Source of the DNA: Candidatus Fraserbacteria bacterium
Lineage (GTDB): Bacteria; Bipolaricaulota; Bipolaricaulia; RBG-16-55-9
Length of the DNA stretch: 32,871 nt
Assembly (NCBI GenBank): GCA_037442925.1
Contig: JBBIPG010000020.1
Coordinates: forward strand, 1 to 32,871
Direction: 5' to 3'
Position numbers and translations under genes: made by a program. A model generated the notes under the pieces. That model searched no databases. It was not told the origin of the DNA and saw only the letters and a program-made list of their open reading frames with translations. Below are positions 1 to 8,612 of the stretch, in pieces. Numbering within the stretch: the stretch's first letter is position 1; each line of letters begins with the position of its first letter.

Positions 1-133
1 AAAGGATAGGGAACTCGGGGTCCAACGCTATGATGTGTCCGTAGTTGAGGGACGGATGGAAGGATGACTTGAGTTTTCTAACCGCTAGAGTACCTAGCGG
101 ACTTGACAACCATTTTCATGGAAGGAGTGAATC

Positions 134-649
134 ATGGCAAAGCACGAGCAAAAGCAGCATAAACCAAGGAAGAAGCGGTGGCGGATCTGGGCCTTTGCGG
201 CCATTGTGGTCGTGGTGCTGGGTGCAGCCGGTGTGCTCTTGAAGTCGGCTTTTACGCCGCCCAGCGTTCCCGCAGCTCTAGAGACCTCCGCTGCTGCTAA
301 CGTCGTGACCCTCCAGGCCGATATGGGGGGATTTCGTCTGGCAAGCACCTCTTCGGTTGCCTCCCACGACGCGCATGATCCCTCTGGCCTTGTGGTCATC
401 AGAGCCAAGGTGGGCGAACCGCTGACGGTGCGGCTGGTCAGCCTCGACAATCAGTTCCACGTAGATGGGGGTGGCAAGCACCAGTTTGCGATCGATGAGC
501 TGGGGGTCAGTATGATCGCGCCACCGGAGGGCACAGTGCAGAAGACGTTTACTCCAACTCAAGCCGGGACATATGAGTTCTATTGTGATATCTGCTGCGG
601 CGGCCGGGCCAACCCGACCATGCGCGGCCAGTTGATCGTCGAATCATGA
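134..649 (+). CDS. Membrane-anchored cupredoxin-domain protein (COX2/CuA-like C-terminal domain)
   Basis: Basic N-terminus plus one TM helix; HQFAIDELG and GTYEFYCDICCGGRANPTMRGQLIVE cupredoxin C-terminal strands; SD AAGGAG upstream. Confidence 0.8.
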   Translation: MAKHEQKQHKPRKKRWRIWAFAAIVVVVLGAAGVLLKSAFTPPSVPAALETSAAANVVTLQADMGGFRLASTSSVASHDAHDPSGLVVIRAKVGEPLTVRLVSLDNQFHVDGGGKHQFAIDELGVSMIAPPEGTVQKTFTPTQAGTYEFYCDICCGGRANPTMRGQLIVES

Positions 650-1488
650 GCGCACTCACACAGGTCTCCGCGCGTAAGGTCGCCGTCGCCGCTCTGATGG
701 CTATGGGGGTGCTCGCAGTTGCCGTCTTCCTGGGATTGCGTCATCCGGCAGCTCCCGAGATCTCCATGAGCCCACTCTTGCCGGGCATTACGCTGGGCAC
801 CGTGCTCGTCGCCGGAGCGGTGGATGGCATCAATCCCTGCGCCTTCACGGTATTGCTGCTCTTCATTACTGCGCTACTCGCCAGCGTATCGGCCAAGGGC
901 ACTCACGAAATCGCACAGAGTGTTACGACCGTGCGGGCACGAATGATCGGCTTAGGTTCCATCTATATTGCCGCGATCTTCTTGACGTATCTGGCACTGG
1001 GCGCGGGCCTGTTGGTGACAAGCGATCTCTTCGTACGGGGACACCTGCCAGCACGGGTGGGAGCGCTGCTGGCTGTGGCATTGGGGCTTTGGATGCTCAA
1101 GGACTACTTTCTGCCTGAGATGGGCCTACGGCTTCAGGCTCCGGCGGCAGTCGCCCGCTGGGCACACGAAGCGGCTCGCAAGATGACCGTGCCTGCGCTG
1201 GCTCTGGGCGGCTTTCTCATCGGGCTGTGCACCGTGCCGTGCAGCGGTGCAGTCTATCTCGCTGTGCTGGCGCTGCTTTCTGCTCAGCCGACGGCGACGG
1301 CATTTGGCTATCTCGTGCTCTATAACCTCATGTTCATCCTCCCGCTCGTTGTTGTGTTGATCGCGGCTTCCGCTCGTCCGGCGCTCAACAAACTAGCCCA
1401 CTGGAATCTCCATCACAAAGAGTGGGTGCGTTTGGCGCTGGGCACCGGCGTCGTGCTCATGGGATTGGCCATCTTGGTCATGGTATGA
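646..1488 (+). CDS. CcdA/DsbD-beta-like transmembrane thiol-redox protein
   Basis: Multi-TM protein with two membrane Pro-Cys motifs (GAVDGINPCAF, LCTVPCSGAVY); ATGA overlap with the cupredoxin gene. Confidence 0.8.
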   Translation: MSALTQVSARKVAVAALMAMGVLAVAVFLGLRHPAAPEISMSPLLPGITLGTVLVAGAVDGINPCAFTVLLLFITALLASVSAKGTHEIAQSVTTVRARMIGLGSIYIAAIFLTYLALGAGLLVTSDLFVRGHLPARVGALLAVALGLWMLKDYFLPEMGLRLQAPAAVARWAHEAARKMTVPALALGGFLIGLCTVPCSGAVYLAVLALLSAQPTATAFGYLVLYNLMFILPLVVVLIAASARPALNKLAHWNLHHKEWVRLALGTGVVLMGLAILVMV

Positions 1489-1513
1489 ACGATACGTGGG
1501 AGGTGATTCCATA

Positions 1514-1669
1514 ATGGCAGAGAAGGTGAAAGACCCGGTCTGCGGCATGATGCTCGATAAGGCTCAAGCTAGCGCCACATCGCAGTACAAAGGCAAGACA
1601 TATTACTTCTGCATGCTGCACTGCAAGAAGCAGTTCGAGAAGGAACCGGCGAAATACGTCAAGGCATAA
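1514..1669 (+). CDS. YHS-domain protein, 51 aa (absent from the ORF track)
   Basis: Manual translation MAEKVKDPVCGMMLDKAQASATSQYKGKTYYFCMLHCKKQFEKEPAKYVKA; DPVCGM and YKGKTYYFC..C...F...P..Y signature; SD GGAGGTG upstream. Confidence 0.92.
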   Translation: MAEKVKDPVCGMMLDKAQASATSQYKGKTYYFCMLHCKKQFEKEPAKYVKA

Positions 1670-1702
1670 GAACTGTAGTGAGAGACTGACAGGAGGTCAC
1701 TC

Positions 1703-2785
1703 ATGATGATACGAGCAACCCGAAATGTAAGGCTCGGACTGGGGCTTCTGCTCTTGATAGCTCTGGGAATCTTCTCGGGTGGACAGATTGCAATGACGCA
1801 ATCTGCACCCGTCTATGCCTACGTGCCTGCCATCTCGGACGGGACGATTGTGGCCATCAACCTAAACACAAACTCAGTCGACTGGACGCTGCAAGTCAGC
1901 CAGGGGACGCCAGATCGCAAGCCAGAGTCCGCCATGGGCATTGCCGCTAGCCCTGACGGGCGCTACGTCTACACCGGCGATGCAGTGACGAAAGAGTTTG
2001 TCGTGGTAGACGCCGAAAAACGGGAGATCGTCAAGCGCATCGCGCTGCCCCATGGCGTGCATGCCATTGACGTCTCGCCGGATGGACGGTTCGTGTGGGT
2101 CGGCGGCGGACTGGCAGATTATTCTTGGCTGAGCGCCACATCCGTGATCGATACAGCAACATTCGAAGTGAAGTGGACGCTCTCGCCCGCGTTAGGTAGT
2201 GGGTCACATCTCGCCTTCACCCCAGACGGGAGAGAAGTTTGGGCTGCCTCGATCACTACGAATCTCGTCTGGGCCTGGGACGCGAATTCCGGGGCAGTCT
2301 TGAGCGTTGTTCCCCTGACACAGGCTCCGTTGCGCGGCCAGAGCCCTGAGGCAGAACTGGGATTGATCGGCTTCAATGAAGTCGCGATCTCGCCCGACGG
2401 CAAACGCGCGTACGCCGTAGGCCCAGATGCGGCCATCGTTTATGCAATGGACGTAGCAACCCGGCAAGTCATCGGAACGGTGCAAGCGGGAGCACGCGCC
2501 CACGGTATCGCCGTTAGCCGCGACAACCGTGAAGTTTGGACGGCCGACCGCGGAGGCACCGTCACGATCATCGATGCCGACTCTCTCCAAGTGCTCGCCA
2601 CTCTCGACATGGGCGCATACGCCAATCACGTGGCGTTCAGCCAGGACGGGAACTATGCCTACATCAGCCGTCAGACAGACGTAGCGGTCGTCGATACCCG
2701 AACGCGACAGATTGTGAACACAATTGCAGTGGGTAACGCTCCTCACGAGATCTCACTGGAGGACTGGCTGGCACCCGCAGAGTAA
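1703..2785 (+). CDS. Secreted YVTN/YncE-type beta-propeller protein
   Basis: Signal peptide; repeated I/V-x-x-(S/T)PDG-R-x-V-(Y/W)-V blades; SD AGGAGG. Confidence 0.88.
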   Translation: MMIRATRNVRLGLGLLLLIALGIFSGGQIAMTQSAPVYAYVPAISDGTIVAINLNTNSVDWTLQVSQGTPDRKPESAMGIAASPDGRYVYTGDAVTKEFVVVDAEKREIVKRIALPHGVHAIDVSPDGRFVWVGGGLADYSWLSATSVIDTATFEVKWTLSPALGSGSHLAFTPDGREVWAASITTNLVWAWDANSGAVLSVVPLTQAPLRGQSPEAELGLIGFNEVAISPDGKRAYAVGPDAAIVYAMDVATRQVIGTVQAGARAHGIAVSRDNREVWTADRGGTVTIIDADSLQVLATLDMGAYANHVAFSQDGNYAYISRQTDVAVVDTRTRQIVNTIAVGNAPHEISLEDWLAPAE

Positions 2786-2858
2786 TCGAGAGATGCTCTG
2801 ACATGAGCGACCTGAGCAGAGTCATGACCAAAGCTGACAGACATCATCGTCAAACGCA

Positions 2859-3401
2859 GTGGGGCAGGCTAAAGAGTTCAAGTTTAGTTACACCGACCCC
2901 GACCTCAAGATGGAACTACACTGGACGATCGATGATGACTTCATCTACATCGGCCTGATGGCTCCGACGAAGGGCTGGGTCGGGATCGGCTGGCGAAACG
3001 GCCTCATCCCGGAAGAGCAGGAAGAGGGAATGAAGGACGTCGATATGTACATGGGCTATGTCACGGGCGGCCAGCTCTCGATGCTCGATACCTATGGGCA
3101 GACTCCCACAGATCCCCCTACACCTGATACCCAAATCACGATGACGATCAATGGCAAGGATGTCCCAGGCACGGACGACATCCTGGAGAGGGCCGGCTCA
3201 GAGGATAGCTCGGGCACGACGATCGAGTTCCAGCGCAAGTTGAATACGCTGGACCACGCGGACAACCCCGTGCCAGCGCAAGGCGAAGTCTACCTGGCCT
3301 ATGGACCCAACAATGCTGACGACTTCACAACCTATCACGGTTCCAGCCGCAGCGAAGCGATCGTCAACTTTGTGACGGGCAAGGCCGAGCCCCACGATTA
3401 G
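2859..3401 (+). CDS. DOMON-domain protein (putative Met/His heme b type), apparently 5'-truncated
   Basis: ELHWT..IYIGL.APTKGWVGIGW, GMKDVDMYMGYV, TIEFQRKLNT and TTYHG DOMON motifs; GTG start with no SD or signal peptide; in-frame TGA at 2835. Confidence 0.8.
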   Translation: MGQAKEFKFSYTDPDLKMELHWTIDDDFIYIGLMAPTKGWVGIGWRNGLIPEEQEEGMKDVDMYMGYVTGGQLSMLDTYGQTPTDPPTPDTQITMTINGKDVPGTDDILERAGSEDSSGTTIEFQRKLNTLDHADNPVPAQGEVYLAYGPNNADDFTTYHGSSRSEAIVNFVTGKAEPHD

Positions 3402-3428
3402 GAGCAAGTAAGGAGCAAGAGGACGGCG

Positions 3429-3464
3429 AGGGGATTCAGCCATGCTCAACACGCTGAGTCCCCT
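3429..3464 (+). promoter_or_regulatory. 12-bp stem-loop in the leader of the molybdoenzyme gene
   Basis: AGGGGATTCAGC (3429-3440) pairs with GCTGAGTCCCCT (3453-3464) with one G-U pair; no U tract follows. Confidence 0.45.
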
Positions 3465-3476
3465 GGTCGACCAACG

Positions 3477-6170
3477 ATGGCACAGGAGATAGTGAAGGGA
3501 AACGGCAAGAAGCGCCAACGAGTGAGGCTTAGCCGCCGTGCCTTTCTTGCGGCGGTCGGGGTGTTGGGAGGCGGCCTGCTGATGAGCCGCTTCTGGCCAG
3601 GCCAAGCCGCGGGTCACCAGACGCTGCCGACGACCCTGGACGAGAAGTTGGTGCCGACCACCTGCTGGATCGGCAAACAAGATTGCGGCATGTTCGCCCG
3701 AGTCGTCAACGGGCGTGTGGTCCAGTTCGTGGGCCGCCCCAGCCACCCTCAGGCAGAGCGAATCAAGATGGGGACTCTCTGCACCGAATATGTAGATCCG
3801 AGCAAGCCTGCAGCAAGCCACCCCAGTCGTTTCGTCCCCCATCCCCGCAACTTGGGGACGCTCTGCCCTAAGGGGCGAGCCCAGATCATAGCCCTCTACG
3901 ACCCCAATCGGGTAAAGACCCCTCTAATTCGCACCAACGAGAAAGGCGTGCCTGGAAGCTTCCGCGAGGCTTCCTGGGAGGAGGCCCTCACCCTGGTGGG
4001 CGAGAAGATCAGGGAAGTGAAAGCCAAAGACCCGAGGCTCTTGATCTGGCAGAAAGGCCGCAGCAAAGCGGAAGCGTTCTACGACGAGGCATTTGTGAAG
4101 GCGTCGGGGGCAACCAAGCTGACGCACGGCCCCTACTGCTCCGACGCTGGCTATCGGGCCTGCGAGTACACCATCGGCTTTCACGGCGTGCTCCACCCCG
4201 ATTTCCAGTATTGTCGCTACCTCTTGGCTTGGGGTTGGAACATCACGGAGGCCGGGGGGAACAAGCTCTGCTGGATCACCTGGCCGCGGCAGCTCATCTT
4301 GGCCAAGGAGCAACAGGGGCTAAAGGTAGTGGTCATTGACCCTCGACTGCGGGGTGCCGGTCCCTTCGCTGGCGAGTGGCTGCCCATCAAGCCGGGGACG
4401 GATTTGGCCCTAGCCCTGGCGCTGTGCAATGCCCTGATCGAGCAAGGCACTATTGACCAGGAGTATCTCAAGAAATACACGAACGCGCCCTTCTTGGTCA
4501 AAGAGGACGGTTACTTTTTGAGGATCGAAGGCAAAGAACAAGTGTGGGATGAAGCGAATGGCTCAGCCAAGCCCTACGATGCCGTGGGGATAAGCCCGAT
4601 CCTCAAAGGCGAGTTCACTGTAGGGGACATCAAAGTTAAGCCGGCCTTTCAGGTCTTTAAGGAGCACGTGGCCAAGTATACACCCTCCTGGGCCGCCGGA
4701 GTCTGTGACCTCCCGGCAGAAACGATCCGCCGCATCGCCCGGGAACTGGGCCAGAATGCCATGATCGGCAGCACCATCGTTCTCGATGGCATCATGCTGC
4801 CCTACCGCCCGGTCGCGATCGCCGCCTATCACATGAGCCAGCAGGAGCTGGGTTTTCAGGCCGTACGCGCCATGGTCATGGTGATGATGCTGCTGGGGGC
4901 CATCGAGGCCGTGGGGGGAGTGCGCAGCGATTTCGACCGCAAGGTGCATAAGAACTTCAAGGCCCTCGATGAGATCCAGATCAAAGACCCGCCCTACAAT
5001 ATCTATCTCAAAGATAGCAAATACTTCCCCATCAACAGCGCCAACCCCTCCATAGTTGCGAAAGTTATGCTCGACCCGCAAAAATATGGGGTGGACTACG
5101 TCCCTGAGCTGCTGATCGTCCACATGGCCAACCCGATCGTCTCGTTTGTGGATCAGCCCCTGCTGATGGAGGCCTATAAGAAGTTCAGATTTGTTGTGGT
5201 GATTGACCCATGGCTCTCGAAGACGGCTGATCTCTTCGCGGATGTCGTGCTCCCTGCGGCCACCATCGAAAAATACGAAGGGCCTCTCAACGTCACCGAT
5301 CAGTATTATTATGCCACCACCCTGCGCCTACCGCCGATCGAGCCCCTCTTCAACTCCCGCGGCGAGATCGATATTTATCTAGATCTGTGCGAGAAAGCAG
5401 CAATTCTCTACGGTGAGGGCGGCTATCTCGACCAGCTCAATCAAGCACTTAAGCTGAAGGACCCCTACAAGCTGGATCTGACGCAAAAGCCCACCGTGAG
5501 AGAGATCTTCGACCGCTGGGCCCGCTCCGAGGGTTTTTCAGAAGGCATCGAGTACTTCGAGAAGCGCGGCGTGAGCGTAAAGCCCATCCCGGTGAAAGAG
5601 CTCTACGCCCCGGCCTGGGACCCGGCGTATGGGGGCATCCGCCATCGGCTTTACGGCGAGTCTCTGCTGCGCTATCGCGATGAGATGAAAGCCAAGGGCG
5701 CTGACGAGATCTACTGGCGGGACTACACGCCGCTGCCCACCTGGAGCACGCCCACGATGGAGAACTCGCCGTCCGAGTACGATCGGTATCTCATCAGCTT
5801 CAAGAAGATCGAGTTCAAGCAGAGTCGCTCCAGCCAGATCCCACTCTTGGCAGAGCTTGCTCCCCGGCAGTATTTGGTGATCAACCCCAAGACGGCCCGG
5901 GCCAAGGGGATCAACGACGGCGACGAGGTCTGGGTTGAGTCCCACAACGCGGTGACCGCGGAGACCCGCAGACTCAGGGTACGGGCTCGCTACTCCGAGG
6001 GCATCCGGCCGGACACGGTGGGTATGCCCCACCACTACGGCGAGGTGGCCCGCCATCCGTGGGCCAAGGGCCAGGGACCGACGCCCAATGCCCTCTACTT
6101 CACCGGAGAGGCCTACGTGACCAACACTCAAGATCAGGCCTTCCAAGTGAAGGTGCGCGTCTACAGATGA
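3477..6170 (+). CDS. Tat-exported molybdopterin (bis-MGD) oxidoreductase catalytic subunit, Psr/Arr/Arx-like, substrate unknown
   Basis: Tat motif LSRRAFL; TTCWIGKQDCG...GTLCPKG Fe-S region; YDPNRVKTPL, SWEEAL, VVVIDPR, PIKPGTDLALAL, TADLFADVVLPAAT and INPKTA..GINDGDEVWVES motifs; alternative GTG start at 3492. Confidence 0.93.
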   Translation: MAQEIVKGNGKKRQRVRLSRRAFLAAVGVLGGGLLMSRFWPGQAAGHQTLPTTLDEKLVPTTCWIGKQDCGMFARVVNGRVVQFVGRPSHPQAERIKMGTLCTEYVDPSKPAASHPSRFVPHPRNLGTLCPKGRAQIIALYDPNRVKTPLIRTNEKGVPGSFREASWEEALTLVGEKIREVKAKDPRLLIWQKGRSKAEAFYDEAFVKASGATKLTHGPYCSDAGYRACEYTIGFHGVLHPDFQYCRYLLAWGWNITEAGGNKLCWITWPRQLILAKEQQGLKVVVIDPRLRGAGPFAGEWLPIKPGTDLALALALCNALIEQGTIDQEYLKKYTNAPFLVKEDGYFLRIEGKEQVWDEANGSAKPYDAVGISPILKGEFTVGDIKVKPAFQVFKEHVAKYTPSWAAGVCDLPAETIRRIARELGQNAMIGSTIVLDGIMLPYRPVAIAAYHMSQQELGFQAVRAMVMVMMLLGAIEAVGGVRSDFDRKVHKNFKALDEIQIKDPPYNIYLKDSKYFPINSANPSIVAKVMLDPQKYGVDYVPELLIVHMANPIVSFVDQPLLMEAYKKFRFVVVIDPWLSKTADLFADVVLPAATIEKYEGPLNVTDQYYYATTLRLPPIEPLFNSRGEIDIYLDLCEKAAILYGEGGYLDQLNQALKLKDPYKLDLTQKPTVREIFDRWARSEGFSEGIEYFEKRGVSVKPIPVKELYAPAWDPAYGGIRHRLYGESLLRYRDEMKAKGADEIYWRDYTPLPTWSTPTMENSPSEYDRYLISFKKIEFKQSRSSQIPLLAELAPRQYLVINPKTARAKGINDGDEVWVESHNAVTAETRRLRVRARYSEGIRPDTVGMPHHYGEVARHPWAKGQGPTPNALYFTGEAYVTNTQDQAFQVKVRVYR

Positions 6171-6183
6171 GAGGTGACCGACG

Positions 6184-6942
6184 ATGCCCCGCTATGGCAT
6201 GGTCATTGATCTAGACAGGTGCATGGGCTGTCGGGCATGCATGGAAGCTTGTAAAGTCGAGAACAACACGCCCATGGCCATCTTATGGATGTACGTCTTC
6301 CGCTTCGAGGATGGGGAGTATCCCAACACCCATATCTGGTTCATGCCCCGCCCCTGCATGCACTGTGACAACGCGCCGTGTGTGAAGGTCTGCCCTGTAG
6401 GGGCGCGCTTCAAGCGGGAGGATGGCCTTGTGCTGACAGATTATGACCGTTGCATCGGCTGCCGCTTTTGCGAAGTTGCCTGCCCTTATGGGGTGAACTA
6501 CTTCAACTGGAAGGACCCCAAGAAGAACTACTATCTCGATTGGGACGATGAGGATTTGAATCGGGTCACAAACGGCGCAGTGCCCCCTTACAAGAACCCA
6601 GACTTAGAGCGTCGGTACAGCGAGGAGCGGGCTGGCGGGGGCGGGCAACTGAGAACGACGGCCGGGGGCGGCCACTACAAGGGCGTGATCGAAAAGTGTA
6701 CTTTCTGCGTCCACCTGGTGGAGCGGGGGCGCTACCCGGCCTGCGTGGACAACTGCCCAGTTCGGGCGCTCCTCTTCGGGGACTTGGACGACCCCGAGAG
6801 CGAGGTCTCGAAACGGCTCAAGAAGAAGCCCCACTTCCGGCTCTTAGAAGAATATGGCACCGAGCCGCGCGTCTACTACGTCGGAGGCCATCCGCCGGGC
6901 GCGGAGACCCATCAGCTCGAAGAGGTGATAGCGAGAGTGTGA
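6184..6942 (+). CDS. Tetra-[4Fe-4S] electron-transfer subunit (NrfC/PsrB/DmsB family)
   Basis: CMGCRACMEAC, CMHCDNAPCVKVCP, CIGCRFCEVACPY, KCTFC...PACVDNCP and GDLDDPESEVS; SD GAGGTG. Confidence 0.95.
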   Translation: MPRYGMVIDLDRCMGCRACMEACKVENNTPMAILWMYVFRFEDGEYPNTHIWFMPRPCMHCDNAPCVKVCPVGARFKREDGLVLTDYDRCIGCRFCEVACPYGVNYFNWKDPKKNYYLDWDDEDLNRVTNGAVPPYKNPDLERRYSEERAGGGGQLRTTAGGGHYKGVIEKCTFCVHLVERGRYPACVDNCPVRALLFGDLDDPESEVSKRLKKKPHFRLLEEYGTEPRVYYVGGHPPGAETHQLEEVIARV

Positions 6943-6945
6943 GCG

Positions 6946-8232
6946 ATGACGACCCAGATTGAGAAACTGCCTTACGGCATCGGGCGGCTTACCGCAGGTT
7001 GGTCTCTCTTGGTCGGTCTTCTATTGGTCTTCATCAGCCTGGGCGCTTATGCCTACTATCGTCAGTTCACCGAAGGGGAGGTCGTTACCGGGCTGAGAAA
7101 CATCGGGACGATGGGTGGGGCAACCTGGGGGCTGTACGTGGCCTTTGTCATCTACTTCGTTGGGGTAAGTTTTGCCGGGATCACGGTAGCTGCCCTGATC
7201 CGCCTCCTAAATCTTTCACACTTGCGGCCTGTGTCCCGCATGGCTGAACTCTTGACGATCATCTCCCTGATCCTGGCGGCCTTCAGCATCCTCGCGGACT
7301 TGGGTCAGCCGCTGCGGGGCATTGTCAATCTCCTCCGGTACGCCCGACCTCAGTCGCCCTTCTTTGGGACCTTCACCCTGGTCATCTCCGGCTATCTCTT
7401 TGCCAGCTTGGTCTACTTCTACTTAGCGGGCCGACGGGATGCAGCCCTGATGGCCCAGTATGAGACGCCTTTCCGGTGGTTCTACCGGTTGTGGGCCGCC
7501 GGCTACCAGGACACCCCAGCGGAACGGGAGCGGCACCGGCGTACGAGCTTCTGGTTGGCCATTGCCATTCTTCCCCTGCTGGTGACGGCTCACTCCACGC
7601 TGGGCTTTGTCTTCGGCTTGCAGATAGGCCGGCCTGCTTGGTTCAGCGCGCTGCAGGCACCTGCCTTCGTCATCATGGCAGGCGTCTCAGGCGTGGGATT
7701 GCTTATCATCATCGCAGCCGTACTACGACGGATACTAAACGAGAGGGAACACCTCAGTGTGGCTGTGTTCCAATGGCTGGGTCGGTTTCTCATGGTTCTC
7801 ATCTTGGCTTACCTCTACTTCATGATCGTGGAGCTGCTGACCAGTACCTATACGGGCCACCATCATGAAGTGAGACTGACCCAAGCCATGCTCTGGGGTG
7901 AGTACGCCTGGATTTACTGGCCCTCTGTGACCTCCCTGCTGATCCCTGTCGTGCTGCTCATCAGGCAGGCCCTTACTCATCAGTGGCGCATCGGCTTACT
8001 GGTAGCCAGCGGCGTCCTGGTGAACCTAGCGGCCGTCGGAAAACGCTATCTCATTGTGGTACCCTCCCAAACCCAGGGCACCCTGCTCCCTTACGGCTCA
8101 GGCTCCTATGTCCCCACCTGGGTGGAGTACAGTATTGTTCTCGGCTTGTTTGCCCTCGGGGCACTGCTCTACGCTCTGTTCATGAAGCTCTTCCCCATCA
8201 TGCCCATTCCTGAAAGAGGAGGTGAGCACTAA
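6946..8232 (+). CDS. nrfD: NrfD/PsrC-family membrane anchor and quinone-interacting subunit (long form)
   Basis: WGLYVAFVIYFVG, ADLGQPLR, SPF, HSTLGFVFG, RPAW and YVPTWVE motifs; about 10 hydrophobic segments. Confidence 0.92.
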   Translation: MTTQIEKLPYGIGRLTAGWSLLVGLLLVFISLGAYAYYRQFTEGEVVTGLRNIGTMGGATWGLYVAFVIYFVGVSFAGITVAALIRLLNLSHLRPVSRMAELLTIISLILAAFSILADLGQPLRGIVNLLRYARPQSPFFGTFTLVISGYLFASLVYFYLAGRRDAALMAQYETPFRWFYRLWAAGYQDTPAERERHRRTSFWLAIAILPLLVTAHSTLGFVFGLQIGRPAWFSALQAPAFVIMAGVSGVGLLIIIAAVLRRILNEREHLSVAVFQWLGRFLMVLILAYLYFMIVELLTSTYTGHHHEVRLTQAMLWGEYAWIYWPSVTSLLIPVVLLIRQALTHQWRIGLLVASGVLVNLAAVGKRYLIVVPSQTQGTLLPYGSGSYVPTWVEYSIVLGLFALGALLYALFMKLFPIMPIPERGGEH

Positions 8233-8612
8233 TGCTAATGCGCAGGGGAAAGACTCTCGCGATGCTTATCAGTGGGTTTTCCCTCATGGTCGTGAGCTAC
8301 TTCTTCCTGGCGGCGCCCTGGGGCTTCCCGCCGAGCAGCGTTGTTTACAGCAACCCGCGGGTGGTTCTCGTCACCCCCACCCTCATCTCCTTAGGGGAGT
8401 ACTCCTTCTTGGCGTGGCCACTAAGAGTGCTGGAAATCCTGACCTGGCCCCCTGTCATCTTTGTCTTGGGGGTGATGATGGTGTTTCTCTCCGCGGTGGT
8501 CTACGAGCTTCTGCCGGAAAAGCGCTCCTACGACGCGAGGCTGCCGCAGCAAGCTGGATTGAAGCAGACTCAAACAGAATCTCAAGTCCGCGGCCCTGGA
8601 GGGACTTCATGA
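8232..8612 (+). CDS. Small membrane protein coupled to nrfD (hypothetical)
   Basis: TAATG overlap with the nrfD stop; SD GAGGAGG; two or three hydrophobic helices. Confidence 0.7.
   Translation: MLMRRGKTLAMLISGFSLMVVSYFFLAAPWGFPPSSVVYSNPRVVLVTPTLISLGEYSFLAWPLRVLEILTWPPVIFVLGVMMVFLSAVVYELLPEKRSYDARLPQQAGLKQTQTESQVRGPGGTS

Noticed and set aside
1..67. Open + frame ending at TGA 65-67 (KDRELGVQRYDVSVVEGRMEG), possibly the tail of an upstream gene
   Set aside because: Too short to assign or confirm
82..108. CCGCTAG-N5-CTAGCGG hairpin followed by TTGACA (103-108)
   Set aside because: No -10 at a suitable spacing and no U tract, so no function can be supported
1703..2785. Nitrite reductase NirS or nitrous-oxide reductase NosZ call for the propeller
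   Set aside because: No CxxCH heme c domain, no fused CuA domain, and too short
2798..2838. Repeated (C/A)TGA(C/G) pentamers resembling a response-regulator box
   Set aside because: Spacing is irregular and no cognate regulator or promoter is seen
3402..3476. Moco/Tuco riboswitch upstream of the Mo enzyme
   Set aside because: The gap is only about 75 nt with a single hairpin; an Rfam scan would be needed
3477..6170. Naming the gene arrA, arxA, psrA or dmsA
   Set aside because: The diagnostic motifs (GRY, GRGWG, canonical CxxCxxxC) are absent and the substrate cannot be read from the sequence
8222..8608. N-terminal part of track ORF 8222..8959
   Set aside because: It overlaps the 126-aa membrane gene in another frame; the ferredoxin has its own SD and ATG at 8609
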